Assembly: GCA_951406725.2 (NCBI GenBank) | Contig: OX597829.1 | Coordinates: 38,564,001-38,628,000 of the forward strand | DNA length: 64,000 nucleotides | Direction: 5' to 3' | Source of the DNA: Octopus vulgaris | Taxonomy: Eukaryota | In this document: positions 11,370 through 23,951 of the stretch, in pieces | Layout of the letters: every line of letters starts with the position of its first letter | Numbering within the stretch: the first letter of the stretch is position 1 | Notes under the pieces: model-generated | The model's database searches: none | Seen by the model: the letters and a program-made list of their open reading frames with translations, nothing else | What the model was told of the DNA's origin: nothing | Position numbers and translations under genes: made by a program

Positions 11370-13639
11370 GTTTTTTTCAATCTCCCTTTCCCTTTTTGAG
11401 GTGTTATGGAATGATTTGATAATGATTTTAGTTGCTATTTCTAGCAAGTACGGGGCAGCGATGCAGTAGTTCTCTCACTGTCTGAGTTTGTAGGACTGTG
11501 TCTTGAGTGTTAGCTGAATGTTCAGTTGCTCTTATTGATGCTTAAGTTACTATATTGTATAAATAGCTAAAAACACTTTTAAATCATTCACACACACTGT
11601 AGTTTCAAATGGGTGCCATGAGGAAGTAACAACTAAACTTCAAGCTAAATAGTTAGCTTCTTGTATAACCACTCAACCTGCTAGTGATAACTGCCTATTC
11701 ACCTTCAACTCACATGGTGTTGTCTTAAAAAGAAAAAAAAATCACATCGGATAATGTAATCTTTGATACACTTCAAATAAAAGATGGGATGAATCTCTTA
11801 GGTCTGTTTGATCAGAACTAGTATGTAGCTCAACGGCAACAATGAAACCGCTGTTAGTACCAACAAGGGATATTGCATCATCAAGGGGAATATGTTGTTA
11901 GTTTTCTGAAAGTTCAGTGAATTCTTCCAAGATGATGAGCAGTCAAGGGACAGAAAAAATAGTCTACAGTCGAAGAAATATAAAGATTACAAATAATTTA
12001 CTCTGCTTTTAACCTTATAATGCTTATTGCTAATAATTTTTAACTCTTTAAATATTATGTTGTTATAAGGTGTTGGTGGAAACGAATAAAAAGTAAAAGA
12101 TTGGACAAGCTCCAAAGATTTTTACATTTGAAGAATGTTATTGCATGAAGACAATTATGGCTGTTGCAATATTATCGATATTTGAATAAATAATATATAA
12201 ATGTAAAAAAAAAAAAAAAATTTTTTTTCTTTTCACATCATACACACTCCTTCCTTTTAGCTGTATAACACCTATTTTTAATAATTCCTGGTACTTCAAA
12301 TAATATGGAAAGGAAACATCAAAACTGTAGTCTTGGATAAGCTCCAAAGACTGAACTTTTGAGTAACATTATTACATACAGGCAATTATAATATCTGGCA
12401 GATGTTGCAAATTTTTCAGTTCTAAGTTTTATATATATATATATATATATACATACACATACATATATATTGATAAGTTAAGCTCTGTTTGATTAATATA
12501 GACTTAATAGACTTAAGATAAACCATGTTATTAAAACACCTAATAAAGCTATGCGAGTCTGGCATCTAAGAGACCATAATTTCAACCCAGACAGTTTCAG
12601 CACCAGACTCTCTTTTAGAGAAAGACTAAACAAATAGATAAATGTTCCAACACTTATCTTCTGAATATTTTGTTGTTCAGGCCATTGCTGTGAGGGCTAA
12701 AATGCATTGTTAGGTATAGTACACACACTGAGACAGAAGGGTGTCATGTCTGCATATATGGTTGATGTGTTAGACATGTCAACTATGTGTGTGTGTGCTT
12801 GATAGTATTAAACACACTGGAAATTGTGGTGGTTAGTACTATATTAAAGGAGTGCCAGGAGTAATGAGGGTATGCAGTAAATAAATTTACAAGCTTGTAA
12901 CTTTCCCCCCCAAGAGCCAAACAGCATGGTATCTTCTGTCCCTGAAGGGCAAACCTGGTTCAGGATGCTGTGAGTTAGATTATTAGTTTTGTAGTGGACA
13001 TGCACAAAGAAGCTATACAAAATGGTATTTAAAAAAAAAAAAAAAAAAAGAAAATCATTAAAACTGTGGGATAATTATAATGGATTAAATACTGTTTGAT
13101 ATTCACTTGTGTTCCTTAGTCTTGATTTTAAAATTTTGTTGATTTTGACATATTTTCTCCTTCTGGGTGAACCAATTAAGATAGAAGCACCAGTTGAAAT
13201 TTTCAGGTCTTTTATATCTGCGACATACACCACTTTACACACACCAACCTCATGCCAAAACCTAAATGAATAAATTTCAAAAAATTGTGGCCTGGTGCCA
13301 TATTCTGTGTCTGGAATTGTTAATCATTACTTCTTTAAACTAGTGTCTGTATCTTATAGTCATGGCTAAGAAAATGTGACATTTAAAAGTTGATGACCAT
13401 GATAGGCAGAAGAATTGCATAAGTAAGATGTGTTAATGGGAATGGTTTTAGAGAAATGGCAACATTCAGTCAGGCAGCAGATGTAAATACAATGAGCTTC
13501 TTAGAGTTCCTGGCAAGACAAAACTGACATTGTTTGGGACATAGCCACAAAACATTCTTCAACCTATATTATAAAGCCAGCCTAACAGGCAATTCTTGAA
13601 CAAGACTTTTTCTGTCCAGAATAATAATGTCTTTGATTC

Positions 13640-13870
13640 TACACACCACACAAGACACACTGACTACCCAGACTCGTACACTTGCATAAATACACACACA
13701 TGCACATATATTCCCACAACATACCATACAAATAACACACTCAATGCATGCAAGGCACTCAGTTCAATGCAACATGCATAATACATGCAACAAATGAAAC
13801 ACAAAAATACACAACACTCACACATATACTACACACTGTGCATGCACATGTACACACAAACATACAAATT

Positions 13871-13902
<32 letters not shown>

Positions 13903-14108
13903 TTATACACACAACTTGTATATGCACAATACAACCTTCATATATATGCACACTTATGCTTGACACAAGATGCAAACATACACAGCCTACAGGCATACAT
14001 AATGCACTCAGACATACACAGCAGGCACACATACATACACAATATATACACACACGTGAACACAGCTTGTACATATATAATATTCGCGTGCAACACATAC
14101 ACATATAT
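13640..14108. repeat. CA-rich low-complexity tract
   Basis: Degenerate (CA)n. Confidence 0.9.
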
Positions 14109-14529
14109 TACCGAATATGATTATATTACAATCAATGAAAAAAAATCAAAAATCCTTAAATAATTTTAGCTTCATTTTACGATATATATTCAACTTGGCA
14201 TTATAAAATTGACATTACTGGTTATATTAGTAATTGTTAGTATCACCATCATCATAATCATCATCATCGTCATTGTCATCATCATCATCATCATCCTGAA
14301 TTGTTATCATTGTTAGCTTTTATGATGATTCTCTGATGTAAGAGGTCAGCTAATCGTTGTAAAAGACATCAGTGTATGTGTACGATATTATTCTCTTGTT
14401 TGGAAGAATCGGAAAGTGTTCTGTTACTTGCAAGTTGCTCTTCATTCAAAGACTTCATTGTAACTAAACTTTCACCTAACACAGAAGAAAGAGTACATTT
14501 AATTGTTCATTAAGTTCAAGCAAGCCTAC

Positions 14530-15090
14530 TTGCTATTTATTTTCTTTCTTTCTCTTCTCTCTAAATTGTTTCTTTGTTGCTTCCACAACTCTCTTATTAT
14601 TCTTTCCCTATTAATTTGTTTTCTTATTCTTATTGTCTCTTGTTTTATTAATTCTGCTTTGTTATTCTCCCATGGTATTCTTACCTTCTGTTTTCTTATT
14701 CTGCTATTTGTCCTTATTCTTTCTTCTATTTCTACCTTTCTTCTATCCCCACCACTTCTTTTTCTTATTTTGCCTCATCCTTATTATTCCCTCTTTTAAT
14801 TCCCACTTCACATTATCCCTCTTTATCCTACCCTCCATCTTATTTCCACCTCTTCTCCTCTCCCCTTTCGGCTTATTTTCCCCCTCATCTAATTTCCTCC
14901 CTCTTCTTATTCCCCCCTCCTTCCATCATTGCCTCCCTCTGTCTTATTCCCCCACTATCTTATCACCCCATATCTTATTCCCTCCTGTTCCTTTCCTTTT
15001 TTCTCCTTATCTTTCCTCTTCCTTATCTCTCCCCTTCTTTACTCCACCATCACATTTTTTTTTTAATTCCTTCTTCATATTCTGCCTCCT
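14530..15090. repeat. Long pyrimidine-rich (CT) low-complexity tract
   Basis: Extreme C/T strand bias; source of the 199-aa Leu/Phe/Pro/Ser ORF. Confidence 0.9.
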
Positions 15091-15534
15091 TATAAATTTT
15101 AATGTAAAATGCTTCCTTCATATTCTGGTATTTAAAAACAAAAAAAAAAAATTGTTTTTACTTTCACAAGTTCTAAGTGCAGCTGAAACTGATCTAGTGT
15201 CGGGGTGGATTAATAGGATTTATTTGGCATGAATGTGCCATGAATTAACCCAAAATTTGACAGTGTGATATTGCAAATAATTTTCTTATTTAATCAATGG
15301 TTTGCAGGCATAATTGTGTGGGTAAGATGTTTGCTTTGCAACTATGTGGTTCAGAATTTCAACCCATTGTATGGCACCTTATCTTGGGCAAGCAAATTTC
15401 TTTGACTGTAACCCATATGGAGGTGTGTGTTTGTGTGTGTGTGTGTGTATACAATGTATTCATCCATCAGAGCAACAAGGACCATCCAATCATTCTCAAG
15501 GATGACTAATGACTTGTGCACTGACTTTATTTAA

Positions 15535-16187
15535 CCCTTCAGCATTTAAACTGGCCATATTCTGGCCAAAATATTTTACCTCTCTTTTTACTCTTTACTC
15601 TTTTACTTGTTTCAGTCATATGACTGCGGCCATGCTGGAGCACCGCCTTTAATCGAGCAACTCGACCCCGGGACTTATTCTTTTGTAAGCCCAGTACTTA
15701 TTCTATCGGTCTCTTTTGCCGAATCGCTAAGTAACGGGGACATAAACACACCAGCATCGGTTGTCAAGCAATGCTAGGGGGACAAACACAGACACACAAA
15801 CACACACACGCATATATATATACATATATACGACAGGCTTCTTTCATTTTCCGTCTACCAAATCCACTCACAAGGCTTTGGTCAGCCTGAGGCTATAGTA
15901 GAAGACACTTGTCCAAGGTGCCATGCAGTGGGACTGAACCCGGAACCATGTGGTTGGTAAACAAGCTACTTACCACACAGCCACTCCTGCGCCTATGTGA
16001 AGAAAAACCTGTGTTTTTTTATGTTCATATCAGCTCCATTTTTGCCTCTCACACTTAGACTACAATGTCATTCTAAAAATATACAATCACATCATCAAAA
16101 TCTTGAAGCTACGAGATAATACATGTTTAGTTCAAAAACAAAGTAAATGAATGTTACATTTGGCAGAGTAATCTGATTGGTAAAGGA
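15535..16187. mobile_element. piggyBac-type MITE, second family, interrupted by a SINE
   Basis: TTAA+CCCTTCAGCATTTAAAC left end; remainder at 16008-16187 matches 49049-49269. Confidence 0.75.
15581..15993 (-). mobile_element. SINE family A, full length, nested in a MITE
   Basis: Close match to the family consensus. Confidence 0.95.
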
Positions 16188-17725
16188 GAGTTGTGCACGA
16201 TGAACTCTTTCAGCTATGATCGTCTTTAATCTAGTGGCAACACCGGGTCAATACAGTTGAGGCTAGAGCTGGGTGCAGAGGATGACCAGACCAAGATGTC
16301 TTACTTGCCTCATCTTGCGCTCTGTGCTCCACAATGCATTACTGCTGCTACTTTTCCCTCGGCTGAGCCATGAAGATTTCTTTCATGAAGTCTGCCAGAT
16401 CCAATTTTCACATGCATTGGTAGGCAAGCTATAATATGCTAATTAAACAATAGTTGGGACCTTGAAAGGTGTAACCACCCTTGGTCAGAGTAGAGTTGAG
16501 AACAGTAGTGCCTAAGAAGTCAAACTCCCACACCAGAGTCCCGCTATCAAATGCAGATTAGTCATACTCAAGACATACAATATCTTTGTACTCAGGACTT
16601 ACAATATCTTTCACTTTGTATAGTAGTAAAATATTTAAGCACTGTGAGAGAAAATAGAAAAACCGTTGTTTAATGAATGGAAGTATATTTGAGATATTTT
16701 TTCTCTATTGAATTACATATGCTCCCTTGTCTGTCAGAAATACTGTGATTGGCCTACTGGAAGCCTGCTGTAGTTAACAACACTTTTGTTTACTAGTTGC
16801 AGTATAAAATGAAAAAAAAGATAAATGAATAAAATTAATGCACTAAAACCTCCATTGCTATCCAACAAGAATTTTTACTTTGCACATTGTCAAAGGAAAT
16901 CATGTTGACACTAAAATCTAAAGTTTCTTCTGTGAATAATCTAAATGCTGCTGGAGAACTGACATAAAAGACAGAATGATGACGACAAATGGATAAGGCA
17001 TTTATCCAATTTTGCATTTAGCTTTCAAAATCTGTTTTGGCATTGTTATAACTAATCACTTGACCAATCACCTATGACCCAGCAAACATGACATTGGTGG
17101 TGGTTATTTGACAGAAAGAAATAAAAAAGAGAGAGAGAGAGAGAAAAGACTTAAAAACAAACAAAAAAAATATTGAGGTATTTAATACTATTGCAAAACA
17201 ATGGCTTGACTGCTGTCTGTCTTGTCTGTTTTACTGAATTAAAGAACTACTATATCAAGACTAATTAGATGTCACTAAATCTGTTGAAACATTTTTTTTT
17301 CCTCTTTTTTATTTCTATCTTTCTTTTTCAAGAAGTGCAATCTAATTTGTGTATTGACAATTTAAAACTGCTTTTTCCAAACATCATAATGTTTGCAGAA
17401 TCTTTAAAATACATTCTGTTCTCTCAGGGGAATGCACCCATTAGAATTGTTATATATGTTTGTTAATCCTTTCCTTTTTACCCTCATAAAATTAAATTTC
17501 ACAAGAGAGCAACCAAATAATAATGAAAGCTATCATCATCATCATCCTGTTCATTTTTCTATGCTGCCCTGGGTCTGATAGAATTTGTTAAGGCAGATTT
17601 TCAATGGCCTTTTTTCTGTTTTTTTTTTTTTTCAAGCAAAGTAATATTTTCCCATGGCTGGAGATGTTTTCATGAAAGATTGAAAATGAATAACAGTTTG
17701 ACAATGACACCTGTTTACAAATACC

Positions 17726-17951
17726 TATTTCTTTACTACCCACAAGGGGCTAAACACAGAGAGGACAAACAATGGCAGACAAACGGATTAAGTCGATTAT
17801 ATCAGTGCATAACTGGTCCTTAATTTATTGACCCCGAAAAGATGAAAGGCAAAGTCAACCTTGGCTGAATTTGAACTCAGAACGTAACGGCAGACGAAAT
17901 ACTGCTCAGCATTTCGCTTGGCGTGCTAACATTTCTGCCAGCTCGCTGCCT
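17726..17951 (-). mobile_element. SINE family B, full length
   Basis: 14-bp TSD TGTTTACAAATACC at 17712-17725 and 17952-17965; sits in an older family E tail. Confidence 0.95.
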
Positions 17952-18084
17952 TGTTTACAAATACCATGCAATATGAACCAACAAAACACATAAGAAAAGC
18001 AATTTAAAGACATCCGGATCTGTTGTTTGATCTGGTACTGCTCAATTTCACAGATTTGCCCAGACCCTGGCACTAGGGTTTGGT

Positions 18085-18275
18085 GACTTCACTAGTGCTG
18101 CTATCATGAAAAAAAGAAACCTAGTACACTCTGAAGTGGCTGGCATTAGGAAGGGCATCCTGTTATAGAAACCATATCGATGCAGATGTTAAAGTTTAGT
18201 GCAGTTGTCTGGCTTGTCAATTTATCTTGAACCATCCAACTCATGCTAGCATAGGAAAAGGAACATTAAATGATG
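18085..18275 (+). mobile_element. Degenerate family C 3' end
   Basis: TGGCATTAGGAAGGGCATCC ... CCAACTCATGCTAGCAT ... ACATTAAATGATG. Confidence 0.75.
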
Positions 18276-18385
18276 TTGCACTGAGGTTTAAAGTAGATCT
18301 TGCAGGTTAGAATGGCGTTATTATTCTTTTTAAAAAATGTATAATGTAGGCCAAAGTTAAGGGATAAATGGGTTAATATACATTA

Positions 18386-18769
18386 CTAGCAGTATCGCCT
18401 GGCGTTGCTCAGGTTTGTAAGGGAAATAACTATAAAGCATTTTTAGAGAGTTATAGCCAAAAAATAGCAAAAAAATGGGAAAAAAATGATGGTAAATTTT
18501 TTTTGAGAGTTAAAAAAGGTGGAGTTGCGTCCCCTAGACGGTCTGTGGTTTGGGTTTCTGATTCTCGACCCCATGTCGAATTTATCGATTTTTTTCAGAA
18601 CTGGGGGAACTTTTCAAAATTTTCGCTGCGTTAGTTTTGAATTATGACATTGGGCTATGTGTGTGTCAAGTTTCATCAGAATCGGTTGAAAGCCGTGGTC
18701 AGAGTGAGGGTACGAGAAAACAGACACACAGAAAACGCACAGACAAACTGCCGTTTATATAGAGAGAGA
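18386..18769 (-). mobile_element. Non-autonomous Helitron
   Basis: Minus strand starts TC, ends CTAG, has a subterminal GC-rich hairpin (CCTGAGCAACGCCAGG), sits between A and T with no TSD; CpG-rich relative to flanks. Confidence 0.85.
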
Positions 18770-19371
18770 TAACAACTTTAGGAAAGTCTATGAGGTGTTA
18801 TCTAAATGCAGAGATATGTGGGAAAATGAAAATAGAATTTCAAAGACCATTGCTATCACAAGAATCCATTCAGAGGATTAAGTGCATAAATAAAAAGAAT
18901 CCATTTTGCTCAGTGTGTATAGACAAAGTGAAGGGAAAATAGGCCAGGTCTTTTAGCACATGGATTTATAAGCTTCTTTTTTCATTGGTTGACATAACAA
19001 GATTCCTTAAGGTACATCTACTTTACTAATTGATACAGTGTTAATCATTATTCTAGCTGGGTTCCAATTCTGAAAACATACTAGCAATATACATTTCATA
19101 GAATATTCTGCTATTAAAGAAACGTGTGTGGTTGTATAGCAAACTCTCCTATGGAGATGAAAGTTTGCAGAGCCCTCATCTGCCATTTCAGCACAGCTTG
19201 AAATAAAGTGTTTTGCTCAAGAATACAATTCACTGTAAGCCATGTTTGTCAACTTTGTCCTAGTTTGATGGAAGCATATTTTGGTTGCATACATAAGCTA
19301 GAATAGTATCACTCCTTCTGCTCAAAGCTTGTATTTCAAGAGGGAAAAGGTGAGAAGTAAAGATTCAATGT

Positions 19372-20070
19372 TTTTTTCTTTTACTTCTTTCAGTTATAGG
19401 ACTGTGGTCATGCTGGGGCACTGCATTGAAGGGTTTTAATTGAATGAATTAACTCCAGTAATCATTTTCAACTCTCGTAGTTATTCTATTGGCCTCTTTT
19501 TTTGTTTGGTTATGTAGTAAGAAGCTTGCTTCCCAACCAAATGGTCCAGGGTTCAGTCCCTCTGCATGGCACCTTGGGCAGGTCTCTGCTACTATAGCCT
19601 TCGGCCGACCAAAGCCGTGTGAGTGGATTTGGTGGATGGAAACTGAAAGAAGCCCATTGTATATATGTGTGTGCATTCCCATAACTTAGTGGTTCGGCAA
19701 AAAAGATTGATAGAATAAGTACCAGGTTTTAAAAAAGAAGTACTGGGGTTGATTCATTCAACTAAAAAAAAAAATTCTAGGCAGTACCCATCATGGTCAT
19801 AGTCTAATGACTGAAACCAGTAAAATATAAAAGATAGATAAGATAAAACCATCAGTTGTGATGCAATAGTGGAGATGTACACACACATACACACATAAAT
19901 ATACGCACACACACTGAGCTTCCACACAGTTTCCAGCTATCAAATTCACTCATAAGGTATTGGTCAGTTTGGGGCTATAGTAGAAGACACTTGCCCATAT
20001 GTCAGGTAGTAGGATTGAACCTGATACCTTTTGGTTGCAAAGTAAATTTCTTAAGCATATACCCATGCCT
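19372..20070 (-). mobile_element. Older family A SINE split by an opposite-orientation copy
   Basis: Tail at 19372-19500 and head at 19848-20070 flank the inner copy. Confidence 0.75.
19505..19847 (+). mobile_element. SINE family A, nested, internally deleted
   Basis: B-box GGGTTCAGTCCC, core block and GATAAAA-type tail. Confidence 0.85.
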
Positions 20071-21207
20071 AGCTCTATATTTATCTATTTGTACAGAAAG
20101 ACAAAAACTAAAGTTGACCTTGGTGTGATTTGAACTCTGAGTGCAGAGAGCAAGAACAAATACTACAATGCATTCTTGCTGATATTCTAACAATGCTATC
20201 AATTCACTGTCTATTGATCAAAAAATAAAAAAAACATCTTAACGCAAGCTTAAAAAAACAGATGTAAAATAGTGAAAACAAAAAGCTGTCGTTAAACCTG
20301 ATTAAAAATTCAATGTAGTTTGTTCATATTAACAATTGTTAGTGTTCGTCACAAAACTGACTCGATTTCTGTTGATTTTGCTTGTTACTGTAATTAAAAA
20401 TAAATACTCTGATAATGATCTATAGTTGAATTTAACCCTGAGACTCGTTGATCGTTTTGACCTTTGTCAGAAATTGATACACCAAAGCTTGTTGAGAGGT
20501 GGGGTGTAGGAGAGAAAAGCAAATGAATTTTTAAAACATTTTTTGGGGTGTCAAAATTTGTTATTTTACCCACTTTCTTCCGATATTTTAGATCAGTAAA
20601 CAGATAAGAATTATTAAGACATTTACAAATCATTTTTTTTTTTGTTTTTTTTTTCTAAAAGCCTTCTTTTATAAATGTTTCCTTTTGATTTTATGTTGGT
20701 GAATTGGAAGAAAATACAAATCATGAGAAATAGAATAAAAAAAGAAGTGTGGGTGAGATATTAGATTAGTCAACTAATTCTTGGAGATTATGTAAAAATT
20801 CAATCAGTATTATTTTGATGTGATAATCTTTTTTGAGTTTGTTTTTTTTTTTTTTGTTTTTGTTTTTTGTTTTCATCAAAGACAATCTAAAATTTCTAAG
20901 AAGGTTTCTGTAGCAAAAAATGTAAATATGTAATTTAGAAATTATTTATTTAATAATGTAAAAATAAAATTGAATTTATTTGCACACTTATAACACTATT
21001 CATTTTGTTTTTCTTTATATTCTTAATCATTTTACCTGTTGATATATTATTTAACCAGGTAAAATACAAGATTTGAAAAAGCTAGTCATAATTTGTCAAC
21101 AATTAATTTAGAGGATTGTTCACATAGTTCATTTTACCATTTTTGATGAAGAATCTAATGTTTAAGGGCCTTTCTATTATATGGGAAAGAAAAAGCACAA
21201 GACAGGC

Positions 21208-21370
21208 TTCTGATTTCAAATTCTGCTGAGGTCAACTTTGCCTTTCATCCTTTCGGAGTCGATAAATAAAGTACCAGTTTCGCACTGGGGTCGATGTAAT
21301 CGACTTAATCCGTTTGTCTGTCCTTGTTTGTTCCCACTATGTTTAGCCCCTTGTGGGCAATAAAGAAATA
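21208..21370 (+). mobile_element. SINE family B, 5'-truncated
   Basis: Central block and TAAAGAAATA end. Confidence 0.9.
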
Positions 21371-21827
21371 TATTTCATCTTTTGAAGTATCAACATCTGA
21401 TGAAAGTTACTTGGGTTATCTTCTCACACCTGTTGCATTATAGCTGTAGATATTTCTATATATGATTAAAATTCAGTGGTGATAAACTCTGAATACCATC
21501 ATGGTCATGTCTTTAAGAAGCTTGCTTCACAGTTACATGGTTTTTGTTGAATTCTGTGTAGAAGCTTGGTCGTTCCAATTTTATGATAGAGAAGACACTT
21601 GACCAAATTTTTGTGCAAAAAATTAGGTAGATAAAAATTGAACAACAGCCTGACAGATATAGGGTGTTGGTAGAAATGGCAAAGAAGATTCAAATAGAAT
21701 TCCTTTTGGTCACATTTCTTTATTCTTGTGTAAGCTTTACCTTTCACTTTTTCTAAGGTTGACGAAACAAGTACCAGACAGAATTTTGGAATTGGTCTCC
21801 AATAACAGAAACTAGTAAATGAATAAA

Positions 21828-22121
21828 TCACGTGATCACGTGACCGACTAGACCATCAGATGTTGCTACACATCACTGCTCACAATGTGTTCGCATTGTT
21901 TTAGCCTTCGAATAATGCCACCCCGCTGGCTAAGCGAGCAGGCCAACAGAAGAAAGAGTGGTGAAAGAGTACAGCAGGGATCACCACCCCCTGCCGGAGT
22001 CTCGTGGAGCTTTTAGGTATTTTCGCTCAATAAACACACACAATGCCTGGTCTGGGAATCGAAACCGCGATCCTACAACCGCGAGTCCGCTGCCCTAACC
22101 ACTGAACCATTGCGCCTCCAC
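21828..22121 (-). mobile_element. tRNA-derived SINE, family D, full length
   Basis: Head GTGGAGGCGCAATGGTTCAGTGG...GTTTCGATTCC; (CACGTGAT)n tail; 11-bp TSD AAATGAATAAA at 21817-21827 and 22122-22132. Confidence 0.92.
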
Positions 22122-22529
22122 AAATGAATAAAAAACCAAATTAAAAGTTATTTCATATCATTATTGAACATCCTTACTTCATGCTGGCTTTGGTTGGATT
22201 GTTTGACTATAGCCAATGTGTCCAAGGATTGCATCAGCTTCCAACTGTCTATTTTGGCATGGTTTTTACTGCTGGTTACCTTTCCTAATGTGAATCAGCA
22301 TGGATTGGGTGCTTTTTTTCATGCCACCCACACTATGGAGGATGTCATTCAGCTTGCAGCAGGACTACGAAACCTGGGGTAAGTGGGATAGTCACATTCA
22401 AGTTAGTGTGTAAGGGTATTACTATAAGCTGGGCCAACCCTTAAAACCCTTGAACTCAGTACCATTTCAGTCTCCAATGACTACTACAAATAAATAAATA
22501 CTGATGTCTCAAAATGATTCTATACGTTT

Positions 22530-22815
22530 GCCTTTTATTTATTTCAGTCATTGGACTGCAGCCATGCTCAGGCATTGCACTGAAGGATTTTAGTCAAACA
22601 AATTAAACCTAGTACTTAGTTTTAATCAGTCTCTTTTATTCTGAACTGCTGTGTTTTGGAGATGTTAAACCAACACCAATTGTCAAGCACTGGTGAGGGA
22701 CAAACACAGAAATCACATATATACATATACACACATATATATTGTGACAGTGACTGTCTAACAAATTCGCTCAGAAGCATTGGTTGGCCCCCGTTATGGC
22801 AGAAGGTACTTGCCT
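22530..22815 (-). mobile_element. Older family A SINE, partial
   Basis: Diverged match to the 3' half and core. Confidence 0.75.
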
Positions 22816-22817
22816 AA

Positions 22818-23185
22818 TCATCATCATCATCATTTAATGTCCGCTTTCCATGCTAGCATGGGTTGGAGGATTTGACTGAGGTCTGGCGAATCAGACTCCA
22901 ATCTGATCTGGCAGAGTTTCTACGGCTGGATGCCCTTCGTAACGCCAATCACTCCGAGAGTGTAGTGGGTGCTTTTACGTGGCACCGGCACAAGGGCCAG
23001 TTTGGTGGTACTGGCAACGGCCATGCCCAAATGGTGCTTTTTATGTGTCACCTGCACAGGAGCCAGTCCAGCAGCACTGGCGACGACCTCGCTCGAATGT
23101 TTCACATGCCACCAGCACAAGTGCTAGTAAGGCGACGTGGTAACGATCACGCATGAATAGTGTGCTTAATGTGCCATTGGCACTG
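22818..23185 (-). mobile_element. RTE LINE 3' UTR fragment, family C
   Basis: (CAT)n tail, CTTTCCATGCTAGCATGGGTTGG, modular units. Confidence 0.88.
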
Positions 23186-23651
23186 CAAAGCAAGTGATTT
23201 AACCACACTGCCATGTTTGTGCATATACAAACAAATAAATAAATAAATAATGAATGGTTGACTGCAACAATTGATACTTCCCTTGCATTATCTTTTTCAT
23301 CATAAGGCAAAGCAAAAAAAAAGGAAGTTTTTTTTTTTTATCCTTAAAGACTTTTTAATTGCATTTAAATGAAGTTGCAACAGGGATTAATTAACTAGAC
23401 ATCAATTAATGATAGAAGCAAAGCCATGTATTCGGTTACTTAATGATGCTGATGGTAATAAGAGATACTAATTAATATGCAGTAAAGCAGTGAGAGCTTC
23501 TACGTAGCTAACCTACTAGAAATAACAGTCAAACCTCCCTCAAATCAAACCCTACTATTTTAATTAAGGAAAGAGCATTTTGGCTACTGTTGCTATTCAC
23601 ATTTCCCTAACAACCCTGGGTAATGATAGCTGGAACAACTCTTATATAATG

Positions 23652-23951
23652 CAGTTCTATATTTAAGAGATGTGGTATTATGTATATTATTTACATTATT
23701 TACATTATTTACATTTGACGGATATTTGTCCTCATCTTGTTTGTTGTTAACATGTTTCGGCGGATATACCCTCCAGCCTTCATCAGGTGCCTTGGGGAAA
23801 TTTCGAACCAGTGTTCTCATTCCTAAGGTATTTTTCGATGTTGTTGTTGTTGTTGTTGTTGTTGTTATTATTATTATTAAGGTCACTGTCTGGAGTTGAA
23901 CTCGGGGTTAGTAGCCCATGCTCTTAACCACTACGCCATATGCCCAAGGGC
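23652..23951 (-). mobile_element. Short element with tRNA-like head and hammerhead-bearing Penelope-like 3' part
   Basis: A-box TGGCGTAGTGG, B-box GAGTTCAACTCC, (TAA)n(CAA)n spacer, CTGATGA...GAAAC motif; ATATAATG repeated at 23644-23651 and 23952-23959. Confidence 0.75.
23746..23791 (-). ncRNA. Type I hammerhead ribozyme motif, probably defective
   Basis: GGCAC-CUGAUGA-A-GGC(U)GGA/UCCGCC stem II-GAAAC-AUGUU; the stem I 3' strand does not pair in this copy. Confidence 0.6.

Noticed and set aside
14633-15232. 199-aa hydrophobic ORF as a membrane protein
   Set aside because: Pyrimidine tract lacks stops by composition
16835-17045. PH-domain C-terminal helix look-alike (AKTDFES*MQNWINALS)
   Set aside because: In-frame stop directly upstream, no compatible acceptor, no other PH elements
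21397-21450. Hammerhead starting CTGATGA
   Set aside because: No stem II or GAAA; at most a deleted remnant
22045-22121. tRNA gene (also the other SINE heads)
   Set aside because: A and B boxes are present, but they run into SINE bodies with tails and TSDs; no complete cloverleaf was evident
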